Source of the DNA: Octopus vulgaris
Taxonomy: Eukaryota
Reading direction: 5' to 3'
NCBI GenBank assembly: GCA_951406725.2
Contig: OX597819.1
Span: 63,922,001-63,986,000 of the forward strand
Length of the DNA stretch: 64,000 nucleotides
A program made the position numbers and the translations under genes. Positions 14,708 through 28,544 of the stretch are shown in pieces (positions within the stretch are counted from its first letter, which is position 1; the number at the start of each line of letters is the position of its first letter). The notes under the pieces are model-generated. The model was not told the origin of the DNA and searched no databases. It saw nothing but the letters and a program-made list of their open reading frames with translations.

Positions 14708-15407
14708 AGTGAGGGCGATAGTGTAGGTCTCACAAACAATTTGGTTGCAAGATATGTTTTGTTTGAAGTATAAAGTGATTCGTATCGGGACACATAAACA
14801 TCTTGTGTATCGAAGTAACGAATCTTATATGAGATATTCGTTGAACCTAATCGAGCCTGTCTTATCATCATGAGACGATTTTGTGCGGGTGAATACCATC
14901 ATTATAATGTCCACGTCCTTTCTTCATCTCAACGTGATACAGAGACAATATTTGTTTATATTTTGAATAGAATCAACAAGCGCCTAGATATATTGACTTG
15001 TAGATTATCTTATCCATTTTCTTATTATTTTTCATTTGGATTGTTCTGTTTTGTGCTAGATTTAACACATATTGTTCGACTCTGACTATCATATTTCATA
15101 TTTTATTTTCTGACTTGGATTCTCATATTTTCTTACGTATTCTTTAATCTTTCAAGGTGCAATAACATTGCTCAGATCTGTGTCAACATCAGCTGCAATG
15201 AATATAACATAACAAGTTCATTGATTTTACCGACACAATCCAAACTTTCAACTACTTTCATATTCTCATCACACACACACGCACGCATGTATACACATAT
15301 AGACATGAATATATGCATACATAAATGCATATACAGATATATGCACACACATATTTGTGCGTGCTCGAAACCTTAACTTGGTATACGTCAATATAAACAA
15401 TAGTTAC

Positions 15408-15447
<40 letters not shown>

Positions 15448-15592
15448 AATATACATACATACACATACAGACACATATATATATATGTTTATATACAGAT
15501 AGACACACACACACTTATACATATACGCATATACAGTTATATACAATATTTCATCTTCCTTCTCTCCATTGTCTCCCTCTGTATGTATATGA

Positions 15593-15653
<61 letters not shown>

Positions 15654-15981
15654 TTCATATATATATAGTTAAATATTATTTTAGAGTTCCTCTTCGCTTT
15701 TGATCGAGTGTGAGTGTTTCGTTTGAAGTTCAGTTCCCTGGAGAACAGTAGAGTAGTTTTGACAAAAGTTGATGGAATTATTTGTTATTGTCAGTCATAC
15801 ATAGCATACTCTATACATCACTATGTATACAAAGGAATACAATAGAATGTCTGAAAGTCACCTCGAGCGTCTGACTTTCTTTTCGTTGCGCATCAACAAA
15901 TAATACATTTGTACACACATAGGGACACAACTACACGCACATTCACGCAAGTATTCACATACACACACACAGACCCCCCCC

Positions 15982-16052
<71 letters not shown>

Positions 16053-16529
16053 TATATACATATATATATATGTATGTTTGCATGTTTGTAAGTATGTATT
16101 GACTTCTTGGTGTTTGTGTGTGCCGTGTAAATTCGTCTGAGTCTTTGGTTTTGAATATACGTTATGAAAATATATATTGTGACCAAATGACTCGAAAGCA
16201 GACAGCAACGTTCGTTAGACTTATATCATATCTTCTACTGCGTCATATCTGCCAATGTGATGTTTATGAAATTTTCTCGTAGACGGAAATTATGAGGAAG
16301 CCTATATTGTTGATATCGTATCTATGACAAGAAAGAAACGTGAATCACAAGATTGAGACAATGATTTTGAATCACACAGAAGTAGGGTAAGTGTGTTGTA
16401 GGAATGCTGGGATGAATTTTATTCGGGATGCTTGCAATGAGGGATCTGGTATACACTGAAAAATTTAGTTGGAAAATACTAGAGATAATGGAAAGGCTGT
16501 TATAATAGAAGAGGGCGGAATTTCCTTCC

Positions 16530-16725
16530 GGGCCCACAGTCACATGGGGCCGGTTTGGCTGATATTGCGGCGAATATATTTTCCCCGTGGACGGGTCGCA
16601 CACATTTACTAGCTTAATGAACTGGAGTAACGTCAATTGAAGTGTTCTGCGCAAGAGCACAACGCATTCAGGAAATGAAACCACAATTTTACTAACATGA
16701 GTGCAACGCACTAAGCTACGCGGCT
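16530..16725 (-). mobile_element. SINE family C fragment
   Basis: Reverse strand TGCGTTGTGCTCTTGCGCAGAACACTTC...CTCCAGTTCA, related to 37618-37930. Confidence 0.55.
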
Positions 16726-17579
16726 CCACACAGTTATTTAAGCGGATGCGCAGTATTGCGTTAGAGATGTAGAATAGAAGACTCAACAATAATTTAATTA
16801 TCACAACATGACACCTTCATTCTAAAACGGTGAATTCAAAATTTTTTGAGCTGTTGTATCCCTGGTATCCAGGCCACATTCCTCGCCTAAACCCTCAGTA
16901 CCATCAACAAGGATCACTTTCTGAAGCGAATTCAAAGCATCAGTATCTCACAAATAAAATTTAACCAAATTAACTTTTTTTTATTTATTTTCACATCCAT
17001 CAACCCTTTTTGGCCAACCCAAAATGTCCCACTTTTCTTCAAGACTGATCCTTTTAAATCTGTCCAACGCCATTAGGCGGTGGGAGGATGAGTATTGCCT
17101 ACCTTGCGAACCGCTGCTCTAAACTATAAACGTCACTTCTATTTTGTTTAAACGTCTATGTGAATCTTACCGTCAAAATATTAGACCTGTGAGAATAGAG
17201 TATATGACGCGACTCATGATAATGTATTTATAGATCTTGAAAAGAATGTACGTACTTAGTGGTTGTATGTGAGCTTGAATCTAAGAGTGTATTTTCTGTC
17301 GATACGGAAAGTAAGATGTAATGTTTGTCGTAGATTAGTGAGAAGGTGTATCGTCGTATTTATCTCTAGCTGAGAGGAAGCTGCAGTCGTGGCGTGATAT
17401 TTAGAGGCCATGATATGAAAGAGAGACAGAATACGTAATTCTTACTTAAGAATATTCCACAAAGTTGCATAACACTCATATATGTATTTATATAAGTGCA
17501 TATATACATGCATATATACATACACACACACACACATACACATATATGTATATATAGATGTGCTTGTGTGTGTATATAT

Positions 17580-17800
17580 TCTTTTATTCTTGTATTTGTT
17601 TTGGTCATTTGGCTGCGGCCATGCTGGAACACCGCCTTTAGTCGAACAAATCGCCCCCAGCTCTTATTCTTTGTAAGCCTAATACTTATCCTATCGGTGT
17701 CTTTTGCCAAACCGTGCTATGTTACGGGGACGTAGACACGCTACCATTGGTTGTCAAGTCAAGCGATTGTGAAGGACAAACATAGACACACAAACACACA
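17580..17800 (-). mobile_element. SINE family A, 3' part
   Basis: GCGGCCATGCTGGAACACCGCCTTTAGTCGAACAAATCG block. Confidence 0.8.
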
Positions 17801-17851
17801 CATACACATATACATACATACATACATACATACATACATAAATATACATAC

Positions 17852-17922
<71 letters not shown>

Positions 17923-19986
17923 GGGCTTCTATATTTGTATATATATAAATGTGTGTGTGCGTATTAATGAGGGTAGGTCAAATGCGAAAGTAGATCATTT
18001 GTAACTCATTTCAACAACAACGTTTCCATCCCACGCTTTCCAAAATTTCCTGAAGAAGAGGTCGTAGCCCCGAAAAATGGAGATACCGATACCAGGTAAG
18101 CTACAACTTTGTTTCTTTTAAAGTTTGTTTTCCTCGTCATATTTTTCCGGCCGTACACAAGAAATCGCTTTAAAGTAATACTAATAACACAAAATGTTTC
18201 ACTACATGTACTCCATATATATATACACATACACAGAGAATAAAAGCTATTTGCGATTATAAATTGCCAATCCTGGTTAGGACGACGTTACTACCTTTTG
18301 CTTTGAACCTTAGGAAAACATATTTTCCAGGTGGCTAACGGCACACACTTTCGTCCTTATACCTTGAACAAGGAAGCTAATGTCCCCACTCAACCTTAAA
18401 CGGAACCAGTGGACCATGGGCTGCAGGTACCGTTTAAGGCTGAGCGTAATGTAAAGTACGTCTAAAACAACGATATATTAGATTGATTAGCTAAATGCCA
18501 ATTAATAACACTTTCAAGCTATCGTTAGATTCAGCGAAAAATTTCCAAATAACATAGAAGATAATATCAGAAAGCTACTTATTTCATTGGAATCGTAAAA
18601 CACTATAATTGTCTACTGGAAGAAAATCAATAACAGGCATATCACTGTATGTATTCATTGGCACACCTTTGGCTTTTAACCCTCGATATGTAAATCCGTA
18701 CAATACAACATTCTAGAATTTGCTTAGGATTATAATAAAGTGCCGCGATGTTACAGTAGCGAATAACCTTAAGATGTATTGCGGAAAATAATTTGCTGAC
18801 ATACAGTGGAGTAGGAAAGAAAACTAAATTCCTATTTCATAGGTTCTTCAGTTGGAAGACCCAAAATGATCCTATGATGGTGCAGAACAATGGAATCATG
18901 TAGGATTATATATGTTAGACGGGCTTACAAAGAAATTTGCAGTAGTAAATTTGACATGGTACCTGTAAAAAAAACATATATATAGCAAGCATAGGCAACT
19001 ATTTTTAACTTAGAGCATTCAGAGGTTTGGATCGTCATTTCTATAATATCGCTATGTATAGCTAGTTATCTAAATATATCTATCTTGCATCTCTGCTCTA
19101 GATTTAAACTGTAACAGAAATAGCCCCCTTACATATACCGTTGAGAAATCCTATTATATTAGAAAAGTATCATACAAATGGAAAGTTTATATCCGTTTTC
19201 ATAATATCAGTAAAAGGATTTCTAATATATCTTTCAATAAGAAAGTCTCCAATGGGCAACATAAGCCGATCCTTGCAGCAATAAGGCTTTACTAGCTTAT
19301 GGATTTGAATGCTTAAGCACCTAATTCACCCACAACTGTCATTTCGGTATCAAATGAATCGCTCATAACTTTTCATTCAATATTATATAATGTTGTGAGC
19401 TCATTTCTATCTTAATTCATTCGCGCTTCCTTGCAAGCCATAAATACAGAAGATGTTGAAATCGGTACAGCGATAAAGTTAGTTTACATTTGCAGCAAAA
19501 ATATGAATATCATATTTTATACACCAACAAATAAAGCGCAAACCGCATGGGCATTGAGAAATTAAATAAGACTGGAAATACTTGATTCATACTTCTGCCA
19601 AGTTTGAACCGAATTAATTACCAGTTGCATACTGGGGTCGATCTAAACCCCCAAAAATTCAGGCCTTCTGCCTAGAGTAGAAAAGATTATATGATTCATA
19701 GTACCAAAAGATATAGTTACTCATTCGAAACCGTAGATTTGTCGCACGTAAACTGTTGATTGAAACAATTGTACACATACATGCATCCATCCATACATTC
19801 ATATAAAAATGCAGATGTGCATATGCATGCACACAAGGTCAGAGATACACACAAGCACATGTATATATGCATTATAACTATGACGTTAAATACGCAGTTG
19901 TTCGTTACGTGTAAAAACACAATCTATGTATGTAAGTATGTATGTATGTATGCATGTATCTATCTATCTATCTATCTATCTATCTC

Positions 19987-20047
<61 letters not shown>

Positions 20048-20048
20048 A

Positions 20049-20900
20049 TAGTGTATCCAAAAGAATGTATACTTACTTTAGCGGCCGATAACTCAATTAA
20101 TGTTTTACTTTCCAGATGAAACCCATTGGAATGAAAGATGGTTCTCAGACTAAGCTTTGAACAAAGGAAATTCATTCTAAACTGCTACCTGAAGTGTGAA
20201 AACGCAGTTGAAGTGCAAGTCTGTTTCGGAGGGAGCTTCAAACAGATCCACCAATGCGATTCCCCATCATTCGAATTAGAGATAAATTTGAAGACGTTGG
20301 AACTTCTTAGAATGTCGACGAGAAGCATCCCAGAATACCACGAACATCGACAACCCCCACGAAGCATGAACGATTGCTGGAAACGTATCACCAAAGTCAC
20401 AAAAAATCTGTGTGGCAAGCGAGTCGTGAGGTAGGTATTTTAAAATCGTCTGTCCAACGCATTTTGAAGCGTTGTCAATGGAAAAGATAGGTTCCAAGAT
20501 TAGTCCATGCTATTAATGAAGATAATCGAGATTGGTAGTTGGCAAGATGTGTAGAAGATGCACACTTTCCAACAAAGATTGTGTGGAGTGATGAGGCCAC
20601 ATTCAAATTAAATGGTTCAATGAACCACCACAATTGCACCTACTGTGGACCTGAGAAGCTTTAGAACTATCATGCCATCTGGAGTGGCTTTTTAAACCAG
20701 ACAATGTTTTGAAAAGGCACCCACACAGATTGCGTATCAAATTTGGACCATCAAGAGCTGCAGTTAGTTTCTGATATTTGTAGATATTAAAATGTCATTT
20801 GAGGCCTCCGTTACATTTTCGGGCCTCCTGGCATAGATTGCCTTGAAAGGTGTGCGCAGACATATAGGCTGAATAGCTGGTGGATGTTCGTTTTCTATAG
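20049..20900 (+). mobile_element. Decayed Tc1/mariner element (rosa/maT-like, DUF4817-type HTH)
   Basis: TIR-like AGTGTATCCAAAAGAATGTATAC. Frameshifted peptides LSFEQRKFILNCYLKCENAVEVQ, IRDKFEDVG and [20 protein letters not shown]. Confidence 0.75.
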
Positions 20901-22039
20901 GTTCGCAAATGAAATTATATATACATATGTGCATACACACACACACACACATACAAACACACACACAAACACACACACAAACACATATGACCTAATGATT
21001 TCATTTATATAGAACAATATTAATTTAAAAGATGAAAATATTTATCCCCAGACAATATGGATCGTTGGTTTCCAAATATATTTATACCATTAAACATGGC
21101 GTCAAACATAGTGTGACAGTGTAATAATCATGTAAACATATTTTTAAAATGTATATACATACATATATTTATATGTGTCTGCGCGCGCGTGTGTGTGTTA
21201 TATGGTTAGCTTCATAGCATAATCATGTTTATGTTTTAAAATATCATTGTATGTTTAATATAATTCATATTTAATTCTGATTGGGGCGGATTTTTCTGTC
21301 CAAATTTCATTTAATCGCTAATTTATTGTAGACGTGGAGAAAAAGAGTGTAAAACATATTAAATACCCATTTATTCAACGGCAAAAAATATTCCATGCGT
21401 AATTGAATGGTGTTTAATATGCGTGTGTTGCCTACTAGAAACAGAAGTCATATAATAACAAACAAGCAAATTTAGGTAATTTGTGAAAACAGCGCTTTGA
21501 TAAGTACGATGCACTTCCGAAACAATCAATATAATTTTGAATATAGACTATAAATGATTGTTAGCATAAAATAATTATTTTGAATAATGCAAATGCATTG
21601 CATCGACGTTTTTCTATCGTATACTGTATAATAATGCATCAATAGGAAGCACATTTTCTTTTGATTTAGGTATATAATTACCTATTTGTCAAGGTGACAA
21701 GTATCTCTTATGAGGCATGTTGCACAGAGTATGTAGATTTAATGTTTTAGAATTGCTTTTACATTTTTGCAGTTTATTGTTATTGGTACATATTTTTGCT
21801 TATACTCTGGCCTTCACATTATATTTGCGTATAAGCAGACTGATCTATGATTACACAGCAGTGTTTAGCCCCCTATTGCTGATGATCCACAATTTACGGT
21901 GACATCACGTGATACAAGAGTACCATCCGCCGCTGCTGTCGAGGATTCGTCAACCGATATAAGCTGTGCTAGGTTGAATGTACTACTTAATAGTCGTTAC
22001 AGCGGCTACTGGTGACACTGACATACATACATATATATG

Positions 22040-22098
<59 letters not shown>

Positions 22099-22148
22099 AC
22101 ATACATACATATATATATATATATGTATACATACATACATACATATAA

Positions 22149-22214
<66 letters not shown>

Positions 22215-22324
22215 CACAGTTCAATGATGGTAATTTCAACAGAAGTACTTCATCTGGTGAGAGATAAATATTATTTAATAAATATAATACAGTATTTGTT
22301 TTCATGTGCTACTATCTACTGTCT

Positions 22325-22605
22325 TATTCTCACTGTCCTGTTCTTGTTACCACTTTAACCCTTCGCCAAAAAAATCCCAAATTTGATTTAATTTGCTTTG
22401 TGGGAAGGACGGTTTCAACAAGTCGCGTACTGTCCTGGCTTTCTTACGCGGAGTAGATGAAAGATGGGACAACTGATGAAGGGGGATATTCTTTATGTCC
22501 CGTTTCTCTGTTTGTTTTTTCCGTTGTTCGAAAAATGTTTTGTTTTCTATATTTTCGTTTCTCATTGAGTTTAACATTTTTTTAATGTCATGTACCCATA
22601 TATGC
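22325..22605 (+). mobile_element. Interspersed repeat, probable Penelope terminal repeat; copies at about 27480-27700 and 61850-62180
   Basis: Shared CCCAAATTT...TTTGCTTTG...GTCGCGT..TGTCC...GGACAACTGA(T/A)GAAG...ATATTCTTTATG. Confidence 0.65.
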
Positions 22606-22702
<97 letters not shown>

Positions 22703-22799
22703 TATGTAGGTATGTACATATATGTATGTATATATGCATATATTTATATATTATTTATATTATTATATGATCGAACGCCACACATCCGTCTCCAATAAG

Positions 22800-22865
<66 letters not shown>

Positions 22866-22870
<5 letters not shown>

Positions 22871-23800
22871 GACCCTTGTTTCAAAACACCACAACTCACC
22901 GATAATGAAAGAGACTACATCAACAATTTTTAGCCAAAACCAAGCAACTTCTACGGCTTACCGAAAATACATAAATCAAAGGATATTCAGCATGCCGGAA
23001 AAGATCAAGAATGTGAGTACATAAAGCTATTGTATCCAAATGACTTAAAACTTAGACCTATTATAACTGGTCCTGCATGCCCTACCCACCGTCTAAGCAA
23101 TTCTACTGACTTTGTTTTGAAACCACTATGTACATACATATCCAGTTTCATACTGTCCCATCGTCCCAAAACGACTGAAAAAAATTCGCTTCTACATCGT
23201 TATGAAACGGTAAGCCTGTACACCAATATCCCACATGGTTTAGGAATGAATCCTTTGTAGAAAAACATAGAAAAGTGATCCCCGGCAGATTGACAGTGCC
23301 ATTTATATTAGACACAGTCAGACTTATTCTAGAAAACAACACGTTCTTTTTCAATGGAAGAAAATACATCCAAATTCGAGGCACGGCGATGGGGACGGAG
23401 TTTGCGCGAACTCTGTCATGAGATATTTAGAACAACAATGCCAACAAGTAGAGGGAAACTATAGTACTGAATTTAAAAAGTATATTGAAAAGGTATGGGA
23501 GAGATACCTTGACGATTATTCCATAATCTGGACAGAATCTCTAAATACACTGGAATGTTCAATATCCTCCTCAACAACTTACACACGTCTTCAATTTACA
23601 AAGGCGATAAGTAGTAAAATATTATCATTCCTAGATAATATGGTAATTAAAAACTACACCAACATCACCACAGATAAATACTACAAACACACGGAACACA
23701 TCGATAGCTGAATTTTAAGTCGAGCCATCCACCACATACAAAACTCAACCTCCCATACTGCCTAGTCAGATGAATTTGTACCATTTTAGAAGGTCGGAAT
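22866..23800 (+). pseudogene. Penelope-like element reverse transcriptase, frameshifted
   Basis: FYGLPKIHKS, LRPIITGPACPT, VSLYTNIP, NNTFFFNGRKYIQIRGTAMG, WERYLDD, LSFLD, HPPHTK. Confidence 0.92.
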
Positions 23801-24194
23801 ATCAGGTATAGAGATCATAGTTGATAAATATATAACAAGCAATGTAGTTTTAGATGATATTTAATATTTTATATAGAGAATACACATTGGTTGTTTATTA
23901 TGTGAAAATTCCACCTAAAAAAATAATGTCAATTCAAGAAAGTTTATGTATGTTATTGTTCTTCATTAAATACCGTCAGTCATAGGTTTTTCAATGTTAC
24001 AGTGAAATATCTCCACAGCTGATCTGTGTAATGTTAAATGGAAAAATATTTAATTTATGTAATAAACAGGGTATACGCAATCAAAACACTACTAAATATG
24101 AATAGTCGCCTGTGTGTCTTACTGAAGGTGTACATAATGATGACAGGCGTGTTGCTACCGTTTTGAGTGAGAGAAAATCCCTTACTTCGAACTC

Positions 24195-24356
24195 ACTTTG
24201 TTCAGGTTTCCTTCCTAATGCGTGGTACCTAGCGAAAGTGTCTTATAACCTCGGGCCGACCAAAGTTTGGCGAGTGGAATTGGCAGACAGAAACTGACAG
24301 AAGTCCGTAGTGTGTGTGTATACATACATGCATACATGCATACATTCATACATACA

Positions 24357-24396
<40 letters not shown>

Positions 24397-24435
24397 TGCA
24401 TTTATACATACACACATACATATATATATATGTAT

Positions 24436-24494
<59 letters not shown>

Positions 24495-25405
24495 CTGACG
24501 TACCCGGTAATTCCCGGGAAAGCTGGGCTTATCCCTTGATTCCGTTCTCATAATTGTTTTGCTAATTCTATAACATCAATACAAAGTACGTAACCCTTAA
24601 AACGGTTTTTGTGCATTTATAGAGAATACCGAAATATCTTACACAGGATCTTCTTTCTAACGAATTCCCAATAAGTTATGAATGCCGAAATTGTGAAGAC
24701 AGTTATGTAATAACATGAAGTTAGTTACCCGATAGTAAGAATTCAAATAAAGTAGCCCCGAAAAGGCTCTAATGCGTTCCCATAGTATACAGAACATAGG
24801 AGGAAATACGAATAAGGTATGTATATTAAAATCGTGAAGTAAGTTACGTAATAACAGGCTAACCAGACGTGAGATTATAGCAATTCAAAATAAATAACTC
24901 TGAAAAGGGTGTTTGTGCGTTCCAAGAGAATATTACCCTCTGTGGTGCTAGTGTTGGTATATTAGTGTATAAGTCACTAACAAAAATAACTGAATGTATT
25001 GCTTCGGAAAATACTATTTATTTGTTTAATGGTTGTACTGGATAAATTGCGAAAATAATTCTAACAGTTCAAATACTAAGAAATAGGCATATTCAATTTC
25101 ATTTTTACCAAATAATTTAGGATAATGAATGGGTTATTTCACTTGACTATTTATATGTACGTAATGCATGGATATATGTATATATCAATGTATCTGTCAC
25201 TCTCTGTCTGTGTCTGTCCTCCATTACCGTTTGACAACAGGTGATGGTACGTTTTGGTCTCCGTAACATAGCAGTTCAGCAAGACAGAACAATAGTAGAA
25301 GTACTAGGCTTAAAAGCAGTACGTTCTGGAGTCGATTTGTTCGACTAAAACCCCAAAAGGCAGTGATCCGGCATGGCTGCAGTTAGGTGAGTCATACAAG
25401 TAAAG
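24195..25405 (+). mobile_element. SINE family A interrupted by a later insertion
   Basis: Head 24195-24310 (CCTCGGGCCGACCAAAG...ACTGACAGAAG) and tail 25200-25405 (CCGTAACATAGCAGTTCAGC...TCGACTAAA). Confidence 0.7.
24490..25150 (+). mobile_element. Helitron-like non-autonomous fragment with internal imperfect 140-160 bp repeats
   Basis: 5' ATTAGCTGACGTA-CCCGG-TAATTC-CCGGG hairpin, same architecture as 49067. Confidence 0.55.
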
Positions 25406-26283
25406 TACAAAATACAAAAGGTTAAAAATAGGTAGACTCAAATCAAAATATATGTGAAAATGTGTCGAACACGACGAGCATAATCTCTGTAGTAAACATA
25501 CGGAGCAATAGATGCGTTTGAGTATTCTTGGTGCACGTCAATTAATCTTAAAGTGTAGCCACATGCTTAGATGAAATGTGCCATCTCCGACATATTTGAC
25601 TGACTAAACTCTCTGAACGCTGTCGAAACACATACTTTGAAATACATGCTTAGAATAAATCTGCCACCTCCGACGAAATATTCACCAATACTGTGGAAAT
25701 TTTACCTGACTTATTTATGCGTATGTTATTGAAGCAGCATCAAATTATTTAGAATAACTAAAACAAACATATATATAGAAAATCAATTACGTCTTAATGT
25801 ACGCATAAACTTGTGCGAAATGAAGATAGATATTTTCAAAGATAAAATGTGCAGTCGTACACTCTCGAAAAGTGTGATGCCTTAGATAAGAACCGCCTGT
25901 TTAACGCGGAAAGAAACAATGCTTATCAAAGATATAAAGACTATAGAACATCCTTACGAAAATGGTTGTTAAAATATATGGTACATTTCACCTATGCAAC
26001 AACGATGCAACCAATCAATACAAGAAAATATATGCAAAGAATTACAAAACTAATAATATACCATGTCATAGATTTCTGCTGAAATTAATTTGTAGCATAC
26101 TAAACGCAGTTGACTCTAAACTCAGATAAAATTTTATTTAAGCACTGTGTTATTAATAGTGTATATACAAACAAAAATGGACAGAAAGGAAAGTGAAAGG
26201 TTTTGTTTCACGCGTTGTTTGAGTACCAACTTTTTTTTTGTTTTTCATGTTTTTTACGTTTTGTGACGTCTTGTACTCATATA

Positions 26284-26324
<41 letters not shown>

Positions 26325-26411
26325 TATAAATTAGAGATAAAAGCACTATTATGCAACTCAAACATTGACAGACATAGACCAATACATAATAACCAACAGT
26401 ATATATTTTTT

Positions 26412-26760
26412 ATCTTTTCACTTTGACCGGCAGATTTTAAAAATAATTTCTTTGTAACTAAACACTTTTAAACTTCGTATACTGGTAGAATGTGTCGCAT
26501 AAAACATATTTTTCTCTTGGCGTTCTTTAGAAAATTCTGTAGTTTGTAAGCTATTTGTTGTTAAATTTCTTGTATTTCAGCAATTCAAACAAATCAATGA
26601 ACTTGTTGCCAAACAACAGCAGTAATTGTATTCACTTCAATATACATCATTGATTGGTTAAAATTGCCGAAATACAAGAAATTCTACCAGTATACGAAGT
26701 TTAAAAGTGTTTAGTTACAAAGAAATTATTTTTTAAATCTGCTGACCACAGTGAAAAGAT
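26412..26760. mobile_element. MITE/foldback element with about 80-bp TIRs and a nested inner inverted repeat
   Basis: ATCTTTTCAC...ACTGGTAGAAT / ATTCTACCAGT...GTGAAAAGAT. Inner AATTTCTTGTATTTC / GAAATACAAGAAATT. Confidence 0.8.
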
Positions 26761-26955
26761 CTTATATTTTTATAAAACATATAACTTATAACTAGATCTC
26801 AAAAAGTATAAAAATGAATGATCAATATATGATATATTAATTATTACTTCATTAATTAATTATTATTCTCCCTAATATTATATATATATACACACACAAA
26901 GACACCCACTCACACACCCACACACATACACACACACAGACACACACACACTCAT

Positions 26956-27020
<65 letters not shown>

Positions 27021-27704
27021 AGTACATATATGCATGTTTGTTAGTACTGATCTAATATTTATATTATTGTTTGATTGAACACCACGCATCCATTTTCAAG
27101 CAAGTTTATCTTAATATATTTTTAATGCGATTGTACCGCTTACTGTTTTCACTCCCTGTTTCGTTTTTTCTCTCATCCTTTCTCAATTTTTTCTCACCTC
27201 ACCTCTTTCTCTCAGTATCTCTCTCCCCCTTTCTTCCCTACTATATCTCTCTAGTTGTTCACACGTTACCACCGTCCATTTTTCTTTCCCTCACGCGATA
27301 AAGTTTTTCCTACAGTGCCGTCGTACAGACGACACGTAATATTTATCTGACTCCTCTTCTATCTTTTCTCTTGTGAAAGACAATATTTCTCCAGCGTTCT
27401 CTACTTTACGTCGTCTGGTCTAACGACCCTCTATGTTTGCTTTCATTCGGTTTTCTTGTATGTCTCCACTGTCCTGGTTTTTTGTTACCAAGATTGACCC
27501 TCCACGAAGTCCCAAATTTTATTTTGGCTTTTGTAGGAACAACTGTCTTCGAAATCTCATATTGTCGTTCAATGATCGACGTGGTGGACAGCCGGCAACT
27601 GATTAAGGTTCGCTCTTTATGTTACTTGTCTTGTTTTCCATTTGTTTCTCTCGTTGTTTGCGTACCCAACTTTGTGTTCGTATTTCACGTTGTTTACTTT
27701 TGTA

Positions 27705-27777
<73 letters not shown>

Positions 27778-28544
27778 TGGATACATAAATGCATGTATAT
27801 ACGCATGTTCATATCTATAACAAATATTATTCATACACACATACATACTTATATATATATATATATGACCGTACTTTAGGTATGTATGGATAAGATAATC
27901 TGTGCATTGAATTTGGACTTCACTTCTGCGTGGGTTAGACATATAAATATAACTTGGTTGATACCCCACTTCTGGAAATTTTCTTATGAAAAAGCAGGCA
28001 ATGCTCGTATTAGTTTTTAGCCTTTTGACTGAAATAGGAATTATGGAAGTTTGCAATATTTATTTTTTAGATTTTACATTGTGTAGATATTTTTTAAAAT
28101 ATTTCTAAAGTGACTAATGTCTTTTGCGACATGTTTATACACATGTTTATTATTACTGATCTAATCATATATATATAATGCAGTTTATCTCAATAGCATC
28201 GAAGGAAACATTTTCATCGTAACTAAACTACATATATATGTTTTAAACCATTAAAGATAGACATCTTTATAAACATAATGCAAGATTAGTCACCATGTTA
28301 TTGCTGAAACTACTGTAAATCATAGAATAAAAATATCAAAATACTACTCTTTAATTTTTCTTATAAATATATAAAACTGTTTCCTCTTAATAAGCAGATG
28401 CTGTTCTCAGCACAAGAGAATATTAGTACCACGTAAAAACATAGATAGTGTCTATTAAACAATATTTCTTTCTCACCAGATAGAGTACAATACATTATAT
28501 CTATCGATCTATCTATCTCTCTCAATATATATATATATATATAT

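Noticed and set aside
18046-18083. CTGAAGA-A-GAGG...CCCC-GAAA HHR-like motif
   Set aside because: Helix II is mismatched and there is no NUH or helix III; at best a dead relic.
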